From an uncultured Bifidobacteriaceae bacterium (GTDB lineage Bacteria; Verrucomicrobiota; Verrucomicrobiia; Limisphaerales; UBA11358): a stretch of DNA of 32,167 nt. The stretch spans positions 1-32,167 of the forward strand of contig CAZIFP010000002.1 in the NCBI GenBank assembly GCA_964538105.1, written 5' to 3'. The translations under genes and the position numbers were made by a program. How positions within the stretch are numbered: the stretch's first letter is position 1; each line of letters starts with the position of its first letter. The notes below the pieces were generated by a model that was not told the origin of the DNA, did not search any database, and saw only the letters and a program-made list of their open reading frames with translations. Positions 1 to 8,757 of this stretch are shown in pieces.

Positions 1-27
1 ACATTGAAAGTCTCTCAGTTTTTTTCC

Positions 28-2907
28 CTATTTCACGCGCACCGCGTAAAGCGACGTTCGGGCCGCAATGAAAAGCGTTTTGCCGTCTTTGCCGCCGAAC
101 ATCAACTGCGTCGGACGTCCGGGAACTCCGATGGTGTCAATCAGTTTGCCCGCCGGATCATAAACATAAATCTGGCCGGCGGCGATATAGACATTGCCGC
201 GCGAATCCGTCGTCACGCTTTCACCGCCTTGTTCCGCGAACAGCCGGAAATTTTTCAAGCTCCCGTCTGCGCTGACATCCGCCGCCCAAGTCCGCAAATT
301 CGATTCGTCGGTGACATAAAACGGCTCGCCCGGCACGGCGTGGCCCAGACCGAAGGCGCGGATGGGCGGACTGGATTTGACGCCCCAACTGGTTGCTCCA
401 CCGAGAAAATCCCGGCCAACTGGCAGAATGGTCGTCTGGTCCGGTGAAATAAAATATGCTGCGGGATGAGATAGTGAATCTTGGTTTAGATGCCAGTCGC
501 TGACCGGCAGAAATAAATTTTTTCCGGGCCAGTTGGTGACGGCTTCAGGCGTAAGCGGCGTGATTTCGCCGCCGGCATTCGACGTATAAACCACGCCGTT
601 GCCCGAATAGGAAACGACCATCAGGTTTCCCGTTTCATCCACGGCAAGATTATCCGGATCCATCGGCGCATCACAGACGGTTGTAAGCTGCCGCGCCGTG
701 GCATTCCAACAATAAATTCGTTGCCAGTGCGCATCCACAAAATAGAAATCACCGTGCGGCCCGGCTGCGCCACCGGAGATGTTGAAAAATTCGCCGGCCA
801 GTTTTTCCATTTTTGCGCCGCGCGCGACGACGGATGAAGTTTTGGCAGCTTGGCGCGGCGGTTCCTGGCTCGAAATATCCAGCCCGGCAAATTCATGCTG
901 GCGAATTTCGAGGTTTTGCGTCTGGTCATAAATGGCGGAGTCAAAACTTACCTTGCTGTTGCTGTCGCAGTGAAAATTACGGAAATGGATGTCGCGCGAA
1001 TTGGAAACCTTCACGGCCCACGGAAACGGCTGGTAGGAACTGATGACGCGGTAGCTGTGATAATTGGCAAAGGTGATATCATGCGACGAATCAATTTCAA
1101 CCGGCAGGCAGAAGCCGCTTTCACCGCGCTCTTCTTCCGTTTGCAACGCATAAAAGCTCCAGTTGGCCGCATTGCGCACCTGAACCTCGTGGCGGACATG
1201 ATGCTCGCTCGAAATCTGGTAGGCGCGCCCTGGAGTTTCGGTGTCGGAAACCACCATCCCCGCCTGGGCAAAAGTTGAAGGCGTCCAAATATCCAAAAAT
1301 GTTCCGCCGCCGCCGTCGGTGACCCAAAGGCTGGGATACTGGCCGTCCCAATGGCGGTTCGGGTCAGGATCGGCGTTGTGACTTTCGTTATACGGCCTTT
1401 GACGGGAACCATCGGGCAACGGCGTGCCGTGTCCGCCCAGAAAACGATCGTCGTTCATCATCGAATTGGAACCGGCCTTCCAGAGCGCGGCAACGGCCCG
1501 CTGGTTATTGCCGCCTGTGTAAAGCCCGATGCCGATGACAATGTTGCTGCCGCCTTTGGGCGCTTCCAGCAACGCTTTGGGCGCACCGATGCCCTGATAG
1601 GCGGGCGTGCCGTCGGGTAAAATAATCTGCGTCGCGCCCGGATGCAGCCCGATCAGCACGGTATCGGACTTCAATTTCAAAGTGTCGCGCACAACGTAAA
1701 AACCTGAGGGAATATAAATCGTGCGGTGATCGTCAATGGCTTTTTGCAACACGGCGGTGTCGTCGGTCTGACCATCACCCTTCGCGCCCAAGTCACGCAG
1801 GTTGACCCAGGTGTAGCACGCCGGCAGTTGGGCGAGATCGGAGGCGACCGCCGGTGGCAACACGGTCAGCGGCGTGGCATCAAAACGGGTTTCAATTTCC
1901 GGCACGGCTCCCATGTCGGCGTAGTTCAGCCCGTGGGAAAAAATGTTCACGCCATAAATTTCGGCGGGAGCGGCAAACTTTTTGCCACTGTCACCCAACG
2001 CGGCGAAAACCGGCACGTTGCGGCAGGTCACGCCTTCCATGTTGATCTCGGTGCGCGGACTTTTTTCCATGCCGAAGATGAATGCCGGGCCGGAAATGTC
2101 TTCGAGCCGTGCGTTCTTGACCCAAAGTTCATCCGCCCAGTCCGGCTCGATTTCAACGGCGGTGGGCACTTGCCGGAAGTGCGGACGAATCAGCGTGAGG
2201 CCGGCTTCGTGTTCCAGAATGGCCGCCTCGCGCTGGCCTTCAAAAGTGGAATCAATGACCGTCAACTGCCAGCCGGGCGAAGGCTTTGCCGTCCAAATCG
2301 CGTGCGTGCCGCCGAAGAAGTGGACGTCCTCGATCACATTGCCGCCTTCGTGAACGCCCGCCAGCGCCGGGCCGAGATGAAAATCCATGTGCGCGAGAAA
2401 ACAGTGCTGGGCATAGCGCGCCCGCACCACGACCGCGCCGGCATTTCCGTCCTCAACCGTGAAATCAATATTGGCGAGCGCGGAATAAAACGTGCCCGGA
2501 TTGGCATCGGGAACGGAACTGGCATCAGCCTGTGGGTCGCGAGGTCGTGCGCCGGCGAAAAAAATCATGAGCTTTTCGTGCGCCGCATCACCAAAGCCCG
2601 GCGTGGTGGCGGGCAGAACAATCATCGGCCGTTCGGCACCGTAGCCAATCAACCGGATGCCGGGCCAAATATAAATGGTATCGCGAATGTGATATTGTCC
2701 CGGCGCAAGCATGACGATGCCCTGGCCGGTGGTTTCCTGAACCCGGTTGATCGCCTGCTGCAATGCTGCGGTGTCGTCGCCGCCACCGGAGGGAGTGACA
2801 TAGACCGCGTTGGAATCTTCCAACCGCTGCGAGTAAAACGAGGCGGACCAGGCTGGCATCGGCGTGGCAAGCCCCAGCAAAACCGGAATCAAAAATCTGA
2901 AATTCAT
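28..2907 (-). CDS. Secreted GH55-like tandem beta-helix (pectate-lyase-superfamily) protein fused to a C-terminal SMP-30/gluconolactonase-like beta-propeller
   Basis: 959-aa ORF with ATG at 2907 and signal peptide MNFRFLIPVLLGLATPMPAWSA. Two pectate-lyase-3-type caps (GGGDDTAALQQAINRV and VNLRDLGAKGDGQTDDTAVLQKAIDD) match the two-lobed GH55 layout. The last ~300 aa end like SGL/lactonase propellers (GRPTQLMFGGKDGKTLFIAARTSLYAVRV). Family call is from motif memory only. Confidence 0.6.
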   Translation of the reverse strand: MNFRFLIPVLLGLATPMPAWSASFYSQRLEDSNAVYVTPSGGGDDTAALQQAINRVQETTGQGIVMLAPGQYHIRDTIYIWPGIRLIGYGAERPMIVLPATTPGFGDAAHEKLMIFFAGARPRDPQADASSVPDANPGTFYSALANIDFTVEDGNAGAVVVRARYAQHCFLAHMDFHLGPALAGVHEGGNVIEDVHFFGGTHAIWTAKPSPGWQLTVIDSTFEGQREAAILEHEAGLTLIRPHFRQVPTAVEIEPDWADELWVKNARLEDISGPAFIFGMEKSPRTEINMEGVTCRNVPVFAALGDSGKKFAAPAEIYGVNIFSHGLNYADMGAVPEIETRFDATPLTVLPPAVASDLAQLPACYTWVNLRDLGAKGDGQTDDTAVLQKAIDDHRTIYIPSGFYVVRDTLKLKSDTVLIGLHPGATQIILPDGTPAYQGIGAPKALLEAPKGGSNIVIGIGLYTGGNNQRAVAALWKAGSNSMMNDDRFLGGHGTPLPDGSRQRPYNESHNADPDPNRHWDGQYPSLWVTDGGGGTFLDIWTPSTFAQAGMVVSDTETPGRAYQISSEHHVRHEVQVRNAANWSFYALQTEEERGESGFCLPVEIDSSHDITFANYHSYRVISSYQPFPWAVKVSNSRDIHFRNFHCDSNSKVSFDSAIYDQTQNLEIRQHEFAGLDISSQEPPRQAAKTSSVVARGAKMEKLAGEFFNISGGAAGPHGDFYFVDAHWQRIYCWNATARQLTTVCDAPMDPDNLAVDETGNLMVVSYSGNGVVYTSNAGGEITPLTPEAVTNWPGKNLFLPVSDWHLNQDSLSHPAAYFISPDQTTILPVGRDFLGGATSWGVKSSPPIRAFGLGHAVPGEPFYVTDESNLRTWAADVSADGSLKNFRLFAEQGGESVTTDSRGNVYIAAGQIYVYDPAGKLIDTIGVPGRPTQLMFGGKDGKTLFIAARTSLYAVRVK

Positions 2908-2925
2908 TGCGAGATGTTTTTCGGC

Positions 2926-3618
2926 TTACGGTTTAAAATCAAGATAGGCCAGATTCATGTTGCCTTCGGTGACAATGTGCAGCGTCAAAACGCTGACGCC
3001 TTTCGACAGCTTCACCTCAGCGACATTCGTCATGACATTCCAATGATGCCATTGACGCCAGGCGACGGGGTCCTGGTCGTTGCGGGTTGAAATAATGTTG
3101 ATCGCCGGAACCAAAGGCTTGCCGTTCCGATCCAGCGAAATTATCCCGCCGCGATTCGAGGTGTAAAGGAGATCAATCGAATAAACGCCGGCGTGTTCCA
3201 CCTCAACGGTCAGGTTGAACCATTCGCCTGGTTCCGTCCAGCCGACGTAAAGCTGGTTCTCCGGCGGCTGCACCAGGTCGTAAGGATTGTTGTCAATCGC
3301 GTCGTGGAATTTCGTGTAGGACGTGTCTACGCCTTCGTGCATCCGAAACTCGTTGAGATAGGTTCCGTCGGCGGGATTCAGCTTGCCGCTGCCGTTATTC
3401 ACCGCGTCCGAATCATGATAGGCAATCCCTTCGCCACCCAAATCATAATAAGCGCATTGCACGCGTCCGGGAATTTTCTGCGGGCCACCGGCGTGGCGCG
3501 CGTCTTGGTAAGGCTTGCCCGCATACGAATTTAGTTTGCCGGACACGCAGCCGCCGACAGGCAAGCCGGCGGCAAGCATCAAACAGGTCTGAAGAATAAA
3601 TCGAATTTTTGTTTTCAT
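2926..3618 (-). CDS. Lipoprotein with CBM6/CBM35-like carbohydrate-binding module
   Basis: 230-aa ORF with ATG at 3618 and lipobox LAAGLPVGGC. IPGRVQCAYYDLGGEGIAYHDSD and GWTEPGEWFNLTVEVEHAGVYSIDLLY resemble the CBM6 pattern (IPGRIEAExYD.GG.G.AY ... GW...GEW..Y.V). It lies 18 bp upstream of the GH55-like gene on the same strand. Confidence 0.6.
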   Translation of the reverse strand: MKTKIRFILQTCLMLAAGLPVGGCVSGKLNSYAGKPYQDARHAGGPQKIPGRVQCAYYDLGGEGIAYHDSDAVNNGSGKLNPADGTYLNEFRMHEGVDTSYTKFHDAIDNNPYDLVQPPENQLYVGWTEPGEWFNLTVEVEHAGVYSIDLLYTSNRGGIISLDRNGKPLVPAINIISTRNDQDPVAWRQWHHWNVMTNVAEVKLSKGVSVLTLHIVTEGNMNLAYLDFKP

Positions 3619-3708
3619 GTCGGCATGACCAACGGTCTGCTGGAATCGGGTTCCAGCGTATAAACGACTTCCCGGCCATGAAATAAAAATCTTTCGCGAA
3701 CGCCGCTC

Positions 3709-4479
3709 TCACCTGACGAACTGCGGCTTGAACACCGGGCCGAGCTGGTGTTTCCGCAGCAATCCGCAAAACCTCGCGATGCCGCGCTTTTCATCCTCCG
3801 CGAGGTGGTAATGAATGATCCACTCGAAATAATCGCGCCGGAAATTCTCGTCATATTCGTCGTGCGTTTCAATAATGCCGTCCAGCGTTTCCATGCCGAA
3901 ACGCTTCGCGTCACGCAATTCCTGGCGCAAACCCCTGTTTTCAATTCCTCGCCGCAACGCCCAGACTGCATAAACAAAGGGCAGATTCGTCATCTCCGTC
4001 CACGCCGAGCCGAGATCGAAAATTTCGTGCGCGTGCGGCGCGCGCTGGAAATCAATCGCCCGGTCACCGATCAGCAGCACAAAATCCTTTTCAACCGCGG
4101 CTTCATAATTTTCCAGCGGCGCGAATTTGGGAAATAGATTTTTCTCGGCCAGCAAAACCTTCAGCAGATTCACGCTCGTGAGCGACGCGGTGTCGCAAAA
4201 AACTTCCGTCACCTCCGCCAGCGGCTTTTTGTGCGCGAGAATCACGCTGTAAACTTCACCCAGCGATGCGATGGCGATGCCGTCCAAAATATCGTAGCGG
4301 TCGTTCAGCAAAACCTCGGTGATACTGACGAGCGCGGCGTCGAGTTCGTCGCGCCGGAGCATTTCGGCGAGCTTGGCGGGCGTGGCGAAAATGATTTCGC
4401 TCTCGATGCCGCGCGTCAACGGCACGGCGTTCAAATACTGCACCGAGCCGATGCGAAATTGGGGAATATCCGATGACAT
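3709..4479 (-). CDS. mqnA: Chorismate dehydratase MqnA (futalosine menaquinone pathway)
   Basis: N-terminus is MSSDIPQFRIGSVQYLNAVPLTRGIE, typical of the MqnA/VitK2_biosynth family, and the size is ~256 aa. I prefer the ATG at 4479 (2 bp after the upstream stop) over the ORF-track start at 4578, which would overlap the upstream gene by 97 bp. Confidence 0.75.
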   Translation of the reverse strand: MSSDIPQFRIGSVQYLNAVPLTRGIESEIIFATPAKLAEMLRRDELDAALVSITEVLLNDRYDILDGIAIASLGEVYSVILAHKKPLAEVTEVFCDTASLTSVNLLKVLLAEKNLFPKFAPLENYEAAVEKDFVLLIGDRAIDFQRAPHAHEIFDLGSAWTEMTNLPFVYAVWALRRGIENRGLRQELRDAKRFGMETLDGIIETHDEYDENFRRDYFEWIIHYHLAEDEKRGIARFCGLLRKHQLGPVFKPQFVR

Positions 4480-4481
4480 GA

Positions 4482-5348
4482 TTATCCGGGCCGCGAGCTG
4501 ATGACCACTTTCAACGTCGAGGATTTTCCCGGCGCGAGCAAAATTTTGTTCTGCTTCACGTTGCCGGATTCCACGCAAACCATTTGCGAGTATTCCGCCG
4601 GATCGAAGTCATCCGGCAGTTTCTGCGTTGTCCACGGATTCCAGACGACGGTGGAATTCGAGCCGGATTTATCCACGCGGATGACGCGCTTCAACTTTTC
4701 GTCGTGGATTTCCACGTCGCTGGTCGTGTCCAAATAAATACGGTTGGTTTCTTTGGCAATGCGCAGCGCCGCCTCGTCTTGGATTTTGCGCTCGCCGTTG
4801 CCGCCGGCGGCGTTGTCCAGAAACGCCGCGCCTTGCAGGCCGGTGAGCGACACCTTGCCTATGTCGCCGACGTGAAAATAAGTGTGCAGACAGTTTTCAA
4901 TCTCCAGCGTCTTTTCACAAGAATCATTCATGGCGATCAATTCCATCGTGAGCTTGTCGGAAACCGTGACAACAAATTCCACCCGCAGATTTTTCCAAGC
5001 AGCGCGGCCGGGAATTTCCGGCAGCGCAAAATGCAGCGTCACCGCACCGTCCGGCGCGGCGGAAGTTTTGACGAGCTGCCATTCAGTGATACGGGCGAAA
5101 CCGTGCGACGGTTCGCCGTCGCGGTTGCCGAACCATGGAAAACAAATCGGCACACCGCCGCGAATCGGCTGGCCCGGCGCAAAATGACTTTTGTGGCTCA
5201 TGAAAATCAGCGGCGGCTCGTCATTTTTCCGGAAGCCGGCGACGTGCGCACCGTGCGGATAAATTTCCGCCGCGCTCCACGGCGTTTGGATTTTGGCCAG
5301 CGACAACCCGCCGTTGCCGGCGGCTAATTCAACAGGTTTTGCGTTCAT
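4482..5348 (-). CDS. D-hexose-6-phosphate mutarotase (aldose 1-epimerase family, YeaD-like)
   Basis: 288 aa with ATG at 5348. GGVPICFPWFGNRDGEPSHGFAR and the HTYFHVGD-type motifs fit the glucose-6-P 1-epimerase subfamily. It starts 9 bp after the mutS stop. Confidence 0.75.
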   Translation of the reverse strand: MNAKPVELAAGNGGLSLAKIQTPWSAAEIYPHGAHVAGFRKNDEPPLIFMSHKSHFAPGQPIRGGVPICFPWFGNRDGEPSHGFARITEWQLVKTSAAPDGAVTLHFALPEIPGRAAWKNLRVEFVVTVSDKLTMELIAMNDSCEKTLEIENCLHTYFHVGDIGKVSLTGLQGAAFLDNAAGGNGERKIQDEAALRIAKETNRIYLDTTSDVEIHDEKLKRVIRVDKSGSNSTVVWNPWTTQKLPDDFDPAEYSQMVCVESGNVKQNKILLAPGKSSTLKVVISSRPG

Positions 5349-5357
5349 AAAATCAAA

Positions 5358-8078
5358 TCAGCGTCCAAACAAATCCATCTGCGGCACGGGCGCGAGGTTT
5401 TTCAATTTCTCGCGGTCCTGCTGGCGTCGCGGCTGGCGCACGTTGCCTTCCGGCGTCAGTTCGGATTCTTCGAGATTGCCGAGAATTTGTTTGGCGCGTT
5501 CCAAAACCTCCTTCGGCACGCCGGCCAGCCGCGCGACCTGGATGCCGTAACTTTTGTCCGTGCCGCCCTCGACGATTTTGCGGAGAAAAACAATCTGGTC
5601 GTGCCACTCGCGCACGGCGACGTTGAAATTTTTCAAACGCGGCAACCGCGAGGAAAGTTCCGTCAGTTCGTGATAATGCGTGGCGAACAACGTTTTCGCG
5701 CCGACCTGATTATGCAGGAATTCCACAATGCTCCACGCGAGCGACAGGCCATCAAACGTGCTCGTGCCGCGCCCGATTTCGTCCAGCACGATGAGGCTGC
5801 GCGGCGTGGCGTTGTTCAAAATGTTCGCCGTCTCGGTCATTTCGACCATGAACGTGGATTGTCCGCGCGACAAATCATCGCTCGCGCCGATGCGCGTGAA
5901 GATGCGGTCCACCAGATCAATCCGCGCTTCCGCCGCCGGAACAAAACTGCCGGTGTGCGCGAGCAGCGCGAGCAGCGCGACCTGCCGGATGTAGGTGGAT
6001 TTGCCCGCCATGTTCGGCCCGGTGATGAGCGCGATTTGCGGCGTAGTGGCACAGGCGTCCCGCCTGTGTGTTTCTTGATGAACTGGTTTTTCGCCGGTGG
6101 AAATTGTTTTGGAACTCACAGGCGAGACGCCTGTGCCACTACCCAGTCCCGCGTCGTTCGGCACGAAGCGTTCCTCGACGAGCTGCTGTTCCAGAACCGG
6201 ATGCCGGCCGTCGCGGATTTGCAGCACGCCTTCGTCGGCAACCTGCGTGCGGCAATAATTGTGCAACCGCGCCGTCTCGGCGAACGATGCGAGAACATCC
6301 AATTGCGCCAGTGCGGAAGCGGTCTGCTGGATTTTCGACAACTGGCCTAGCACTTCCTCGCGCACGCGCTGGAAGATTTCGTATTCCAGTTTCACGCTGC
6401 GCTCTTCCGCGCCGAGGATTTTGCCTTCCATCGCCTTCAACTCCGGCGTGATGAATCGCTCGCCGTTCGCGACGGTCTGCTTGCGGTGGTAATGCGCCGG
6501 CACCTTGTCGAGATTGGCTTTCGTGACTTCGATGTAATAACCAAACACGGAATTGAACCGGACTTTCAGCGATGAAATTCCGGTCGCGGCAATTTCATCC
6601 GCCTGCAATTTGGCAATCCAATCCTTGCCGCCGCGCTGCGCGGTGCGGAGTTCATCGAGCGCCGCGTCAAAACCGTCGCGGATCATCCCGCCTTCTTTGA
6701 TCGGCAGCGGCGGCTCGTCCACGATGGCGCGGGAAATGATTTCGACCAAATCCGGCGATTCGGAAATCAGCAAATCCAATTCGGAAATCAAGCTGGTGGG
6801 ACGAGCGTCCTCGCGAGCCGGAGCTTCATCGTGAATCAGATTTTCGGCTCGCGTGGAGTCCTTGCGGACGGCCACCGTTTCCAATGTCTGCTTCAGCGCC
6901 GGAATTTGTTCGAGCGCCATACGCAACGCGGCTAGGTCGCGCGCATTACCGCTGCCGGAACTCAAGCGGCCGAGCGTGCGTTCCAAATCGCGGACGTTGG
7001 CAAGTTGCTGACGAAAGGCGTCGAGGCCGAAGGAATTGTTGATGAAAGTTTCCACCGCGTCCTGTCGCTGACGGATCGGCTCCACTTTGGCCAGCGGCTG
7101 CGAAAGCCAGTTGCGCAACAGCCGCGCGCCCATCGGCGTGACGGTCTTGTTGAGCGCGCCGTAAAGCGAGGCGTTGCGCGGGGCGTCGTGATGCTGCGGT
7201 TCGAGAATTTCAAGATGCCGCAGCGTTGTATAATCGAGCGTGAGAAAATCGCTGCGCTGATAAAACGTAATGCGCTTGAGATGCTTCACATCTCGCCGCA
7301 AATTTTGCGTGAGATAATGCAGCGCGCCGCCGGCCGCACCGATGGCGGCGGTTTTGTCCTTCAGGCCGAAGCCGTCGAGCGAGGCGACCTTGAATTGTTC
7401 TTTGACGGTGTAAAACGCGGTTTCCGGCGCGAAGGTCCAGTCGTCGTAGCCACTCAAAATCTGGAATGCGCCACGCAGCAAATCGCGCACAGCAACCGCC
7501 TCCGTGGGGAAAATAATTTCCGCCGGCCGCAGGCGTTCGAGTTCGGCGAGCAACGCAGCATCATTTTCCAACTCCGTCGTCAGAAAATCGCCGGTGGTCA
7601 GATCCACCAGCGCGAGACCAAAGATTTTTCCCGACGGGTAAACTGACGCCAAAAAATTATTCCGTTCTGCGACGAGCATCCGTTCGTCAAAATGCGTGCC
7701 GGGCGAAAGGATTTGCGTAACCTCGCGGTTTACCAATTTTCCCGGACGCGCGTCTTCGGTCTGATCGCAGATGGCGACCTTGCGTCCGCTTTTCAAAATG
7801 CGGGCGATGTAGCCGTTGGCGGCGTGATGCGGCAGACCGCACATCGGCACGCCGTTGCGGGCGGTGAGCGAAAGGTTGAGGAGCTGCGCGCCAGCCTGCG
7901 CGTCCTCGAAAAACATCTCGTAAAAATCGCCGAGGCGGAAGAGCAGCAGGGCGTCTTTTGGCAGTTCGCCTTTGATGCGGCGATACTGCGCCATCATGGG
8001 AGTGAGTTGCGCTTCGGCGGACACGGCGGGAAAGCTATCCGCGAACGCGGGCAAAATCGAACAAGATTTATTCACCAC
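5358..8078 (-). CDS. mutS: DNA mismatch repair protein MutS, carrying in-frame extra segments
   Basis: Motifs TPMMAQYRRIKGE, LFRLGDFYEMFFEDA, Walker A ITGPNMAGKST, STFMVEMTETANIL and DEIGRGTSTFDG are present. The ORF-track start is GTG at 8078. TTG at 8054 or GTG at 8024 would give a more typical short N-terminus, so the start is uncertain. Confidence 0.95.
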   Translation of the reverse strand: MVNKSCSILPAFADSFPAVSAEAQLTPMMAQYRRIKGELPKDALLLFRLGDFYEMFFEDAQAGAQLLNLSLTARNGVPMCGLPHHAANGYIARILKSGRKVAICDQTEDARPGKLVNREVTQILSPGTHFDERMLVAERNNFLASVYPSGKIFGLALVDLTTGDFLTTELENDAALLAELERLRPAEIIFPTEAVAVRDLLRGAFQILSGYDDWTFAPETAFYTVKEQFKVASLDGFGLKDKTAAIGAAGGALHYLTQNLRRDVKHLKRITFYQRSDFLTLDYTTLRHLEILEPQHHDAPRNASLYGALNKTVTPMGARLLRNWLSQPLAKVEPIRQRQDAVETFINNSFGLDAFRQQLANVRDLERTLGRLSSGSGNARDLAALRMALEQIPALKQTLETVAVRKDSTRAENLIHDEAPAREDARPTSLISELDLLISESPDLVEIISRAIVDEPPLPIKEGGMIRDGFDAALDELRTAQRGGKDWIAKLQADEIAATGISSLKVRFNSVFGYYIEVTKANLDKVPAHYHRKQTVANGERFITPELKAMEGKILGAEERSVKLEYEIFQRVREEVLGQLSKIQQTASALAQLDVLASFAETARLHNYCRTQVADEGVLQIRDGRHPVLEQQLVEERFVPNDAGLGSGTGVSPVSSKTISTGEKPVHQETHRRDACATTPQIALITGPNMAGKSTYIRQVALLALLAHTGSFVPAAEARIDLVDRIFTRIGASDDLSRGQSTFMVEMTETANILNNATPRSLIVLDEIGRGTSTFDGLSLAWSIVEFLHNQVGAKTLFATHYHELTELSSRLPRLKNFNVAVREWHDQIVFLRKIVEGGTDKSYGIQVARLAGVPKEVLERAKQILGNLEESELTPEGNVRQPRRQQDREKLKNLAPVPQMDLFGR
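6043..6142. mobile_element. ~100-bp MITE/REP-like palindromic element embedded in frame in mutS
   Basis: Terminal inverted repeats 6043-6068 and 6117-6142 pair over 26 bp with 1 mismatch (gtagtggcacaggcgtc / gacgcctgtgccactac are perfect). Each arm is itself a hairpin (cacaggcg-N3-cgcctgtg). It encodes ...GSGTGVSPVSSKTISTGEKPVHQETHRRDACATT..., which has no counterpart in E. coli MutS between FIANPLNL and IITGPNMGGKS. Confidence 0.65.
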
Positions 8079-8182
8079 GCTGCTTCCTTTTGGTCAATGC
8101 GGAAGGAAACCTGCCGCGGCCGTTCTGCGCGTGAACCGGAATGCAGCTTGAGTCCAAGTCAAATTGCTGTAGCTTGTCTGAA

Positions 8183-8752
8183 ATGAACCAGTGGATTAAC
8201 GATTACGTCAAAGCCCAGAAAGCCGCGTTGGATTCCGTGTCCGCCGACGCCGTCGCGAAGCTCATCGGGCTGCTGCGCGACGCGCTCAAGGCCGACAAAA
8301 ATATTTACTGTTTTGGCAACGGCGGCAGTGCAGCGAACATCTCGCACTTCGCCACCGACCTCGGCAAGGGCGCGTCCGACAAGCTCGGCAAACGCTTCCG
8401 CGTCCTCTCGCTCAACGACAACGTGAGCTGGATGACCGCGCTCGCCAACGATTATTCCTACGAGGACGTGTTCGCCGGCCAGTTGCAGAACTACGGCCGC
8501 GCCGGTGACGTCGCGCTGTCCATCAGCGTCAGCGGCAACTCGCCCAACTGCGTGAAGGCGCTCGACTGGGCGAAGAAACACGGCCTGCAGACCATCGCGC
8601 TCGTCGGCGGCAAACGCGGGCGCATGGCGGAGATCGCCGACCACGTCATCGTCATCGGCGACACGCACTACGGCCGCGTCGAGGACGCGCAGATGAACAT
8701 TTTGCACCTGCTCTGCTACGCCTTCATGGAAAATCCGCAGTGGGCGAAATAA
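8183..8752 (+). CDS. gmhA: SIS-domain sugar-phosphate isomerase, phosphoheptose isomerase (GmhA)-like
   Basis: The ATG at 8183 gives 189 aa, the size of GmhA. YCFGNGGSAANISHFATDLGK matches the GNGGSAADAQHFAAEL motif. C-terminus is HVIVIGDTHYGRVEDAQMNILHLLCYAF. The ORF-track start at 8141 adds 14 unlikely residues. Confidence 0.65.
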   Translation: MNQWINDYVKAQKAALDSVSADAVAKLIGLLRDALKADKNIYCFGNGGSAANISHFATDLGKGASDKLGKRFRVLSLNDNVSWMTALANDYSYEDVFAGQLQNYGRAGDVALSISVSGNSPNCVKALDWAKKHGLQTIALVGGKRGRMAEIADHVIVIGDTHYGRVEDAQMNILHLLCYAFMENPQWAK

Positions 8753-8757
8753 CCATA

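Noticed and set aside
3640-3656. Hairpin ctggaa-tcggg-ttccag upstream of the CBM6-like gene as a terminator after mqnA
   Set aside because: The stem is 6 bp with no following U-tract on the minus strand, which is within chance expectation. It was therefore left unannotated.
4480-4578. Upstream start (4578) for mqnA giving 289 aa
   Set aside because: It would overlap the preceding gene by 97 bp and add a non-conserved Arg/Glu-rich leader. The ATG at 4479 gives the family-typical N-terminus immediately before RIGSVQYLN.
6043-6142. The mutS insert as an intein or as an assembly artefact
   Set aside because: About 33 aa is far too small for an intein, and it lacks splicing-block residues. The reading frame and flanking conserved MutS blocks are intact, which an assembly chimera would be unlikely to preserve. 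An artefact cannot be fully excluded without reads.
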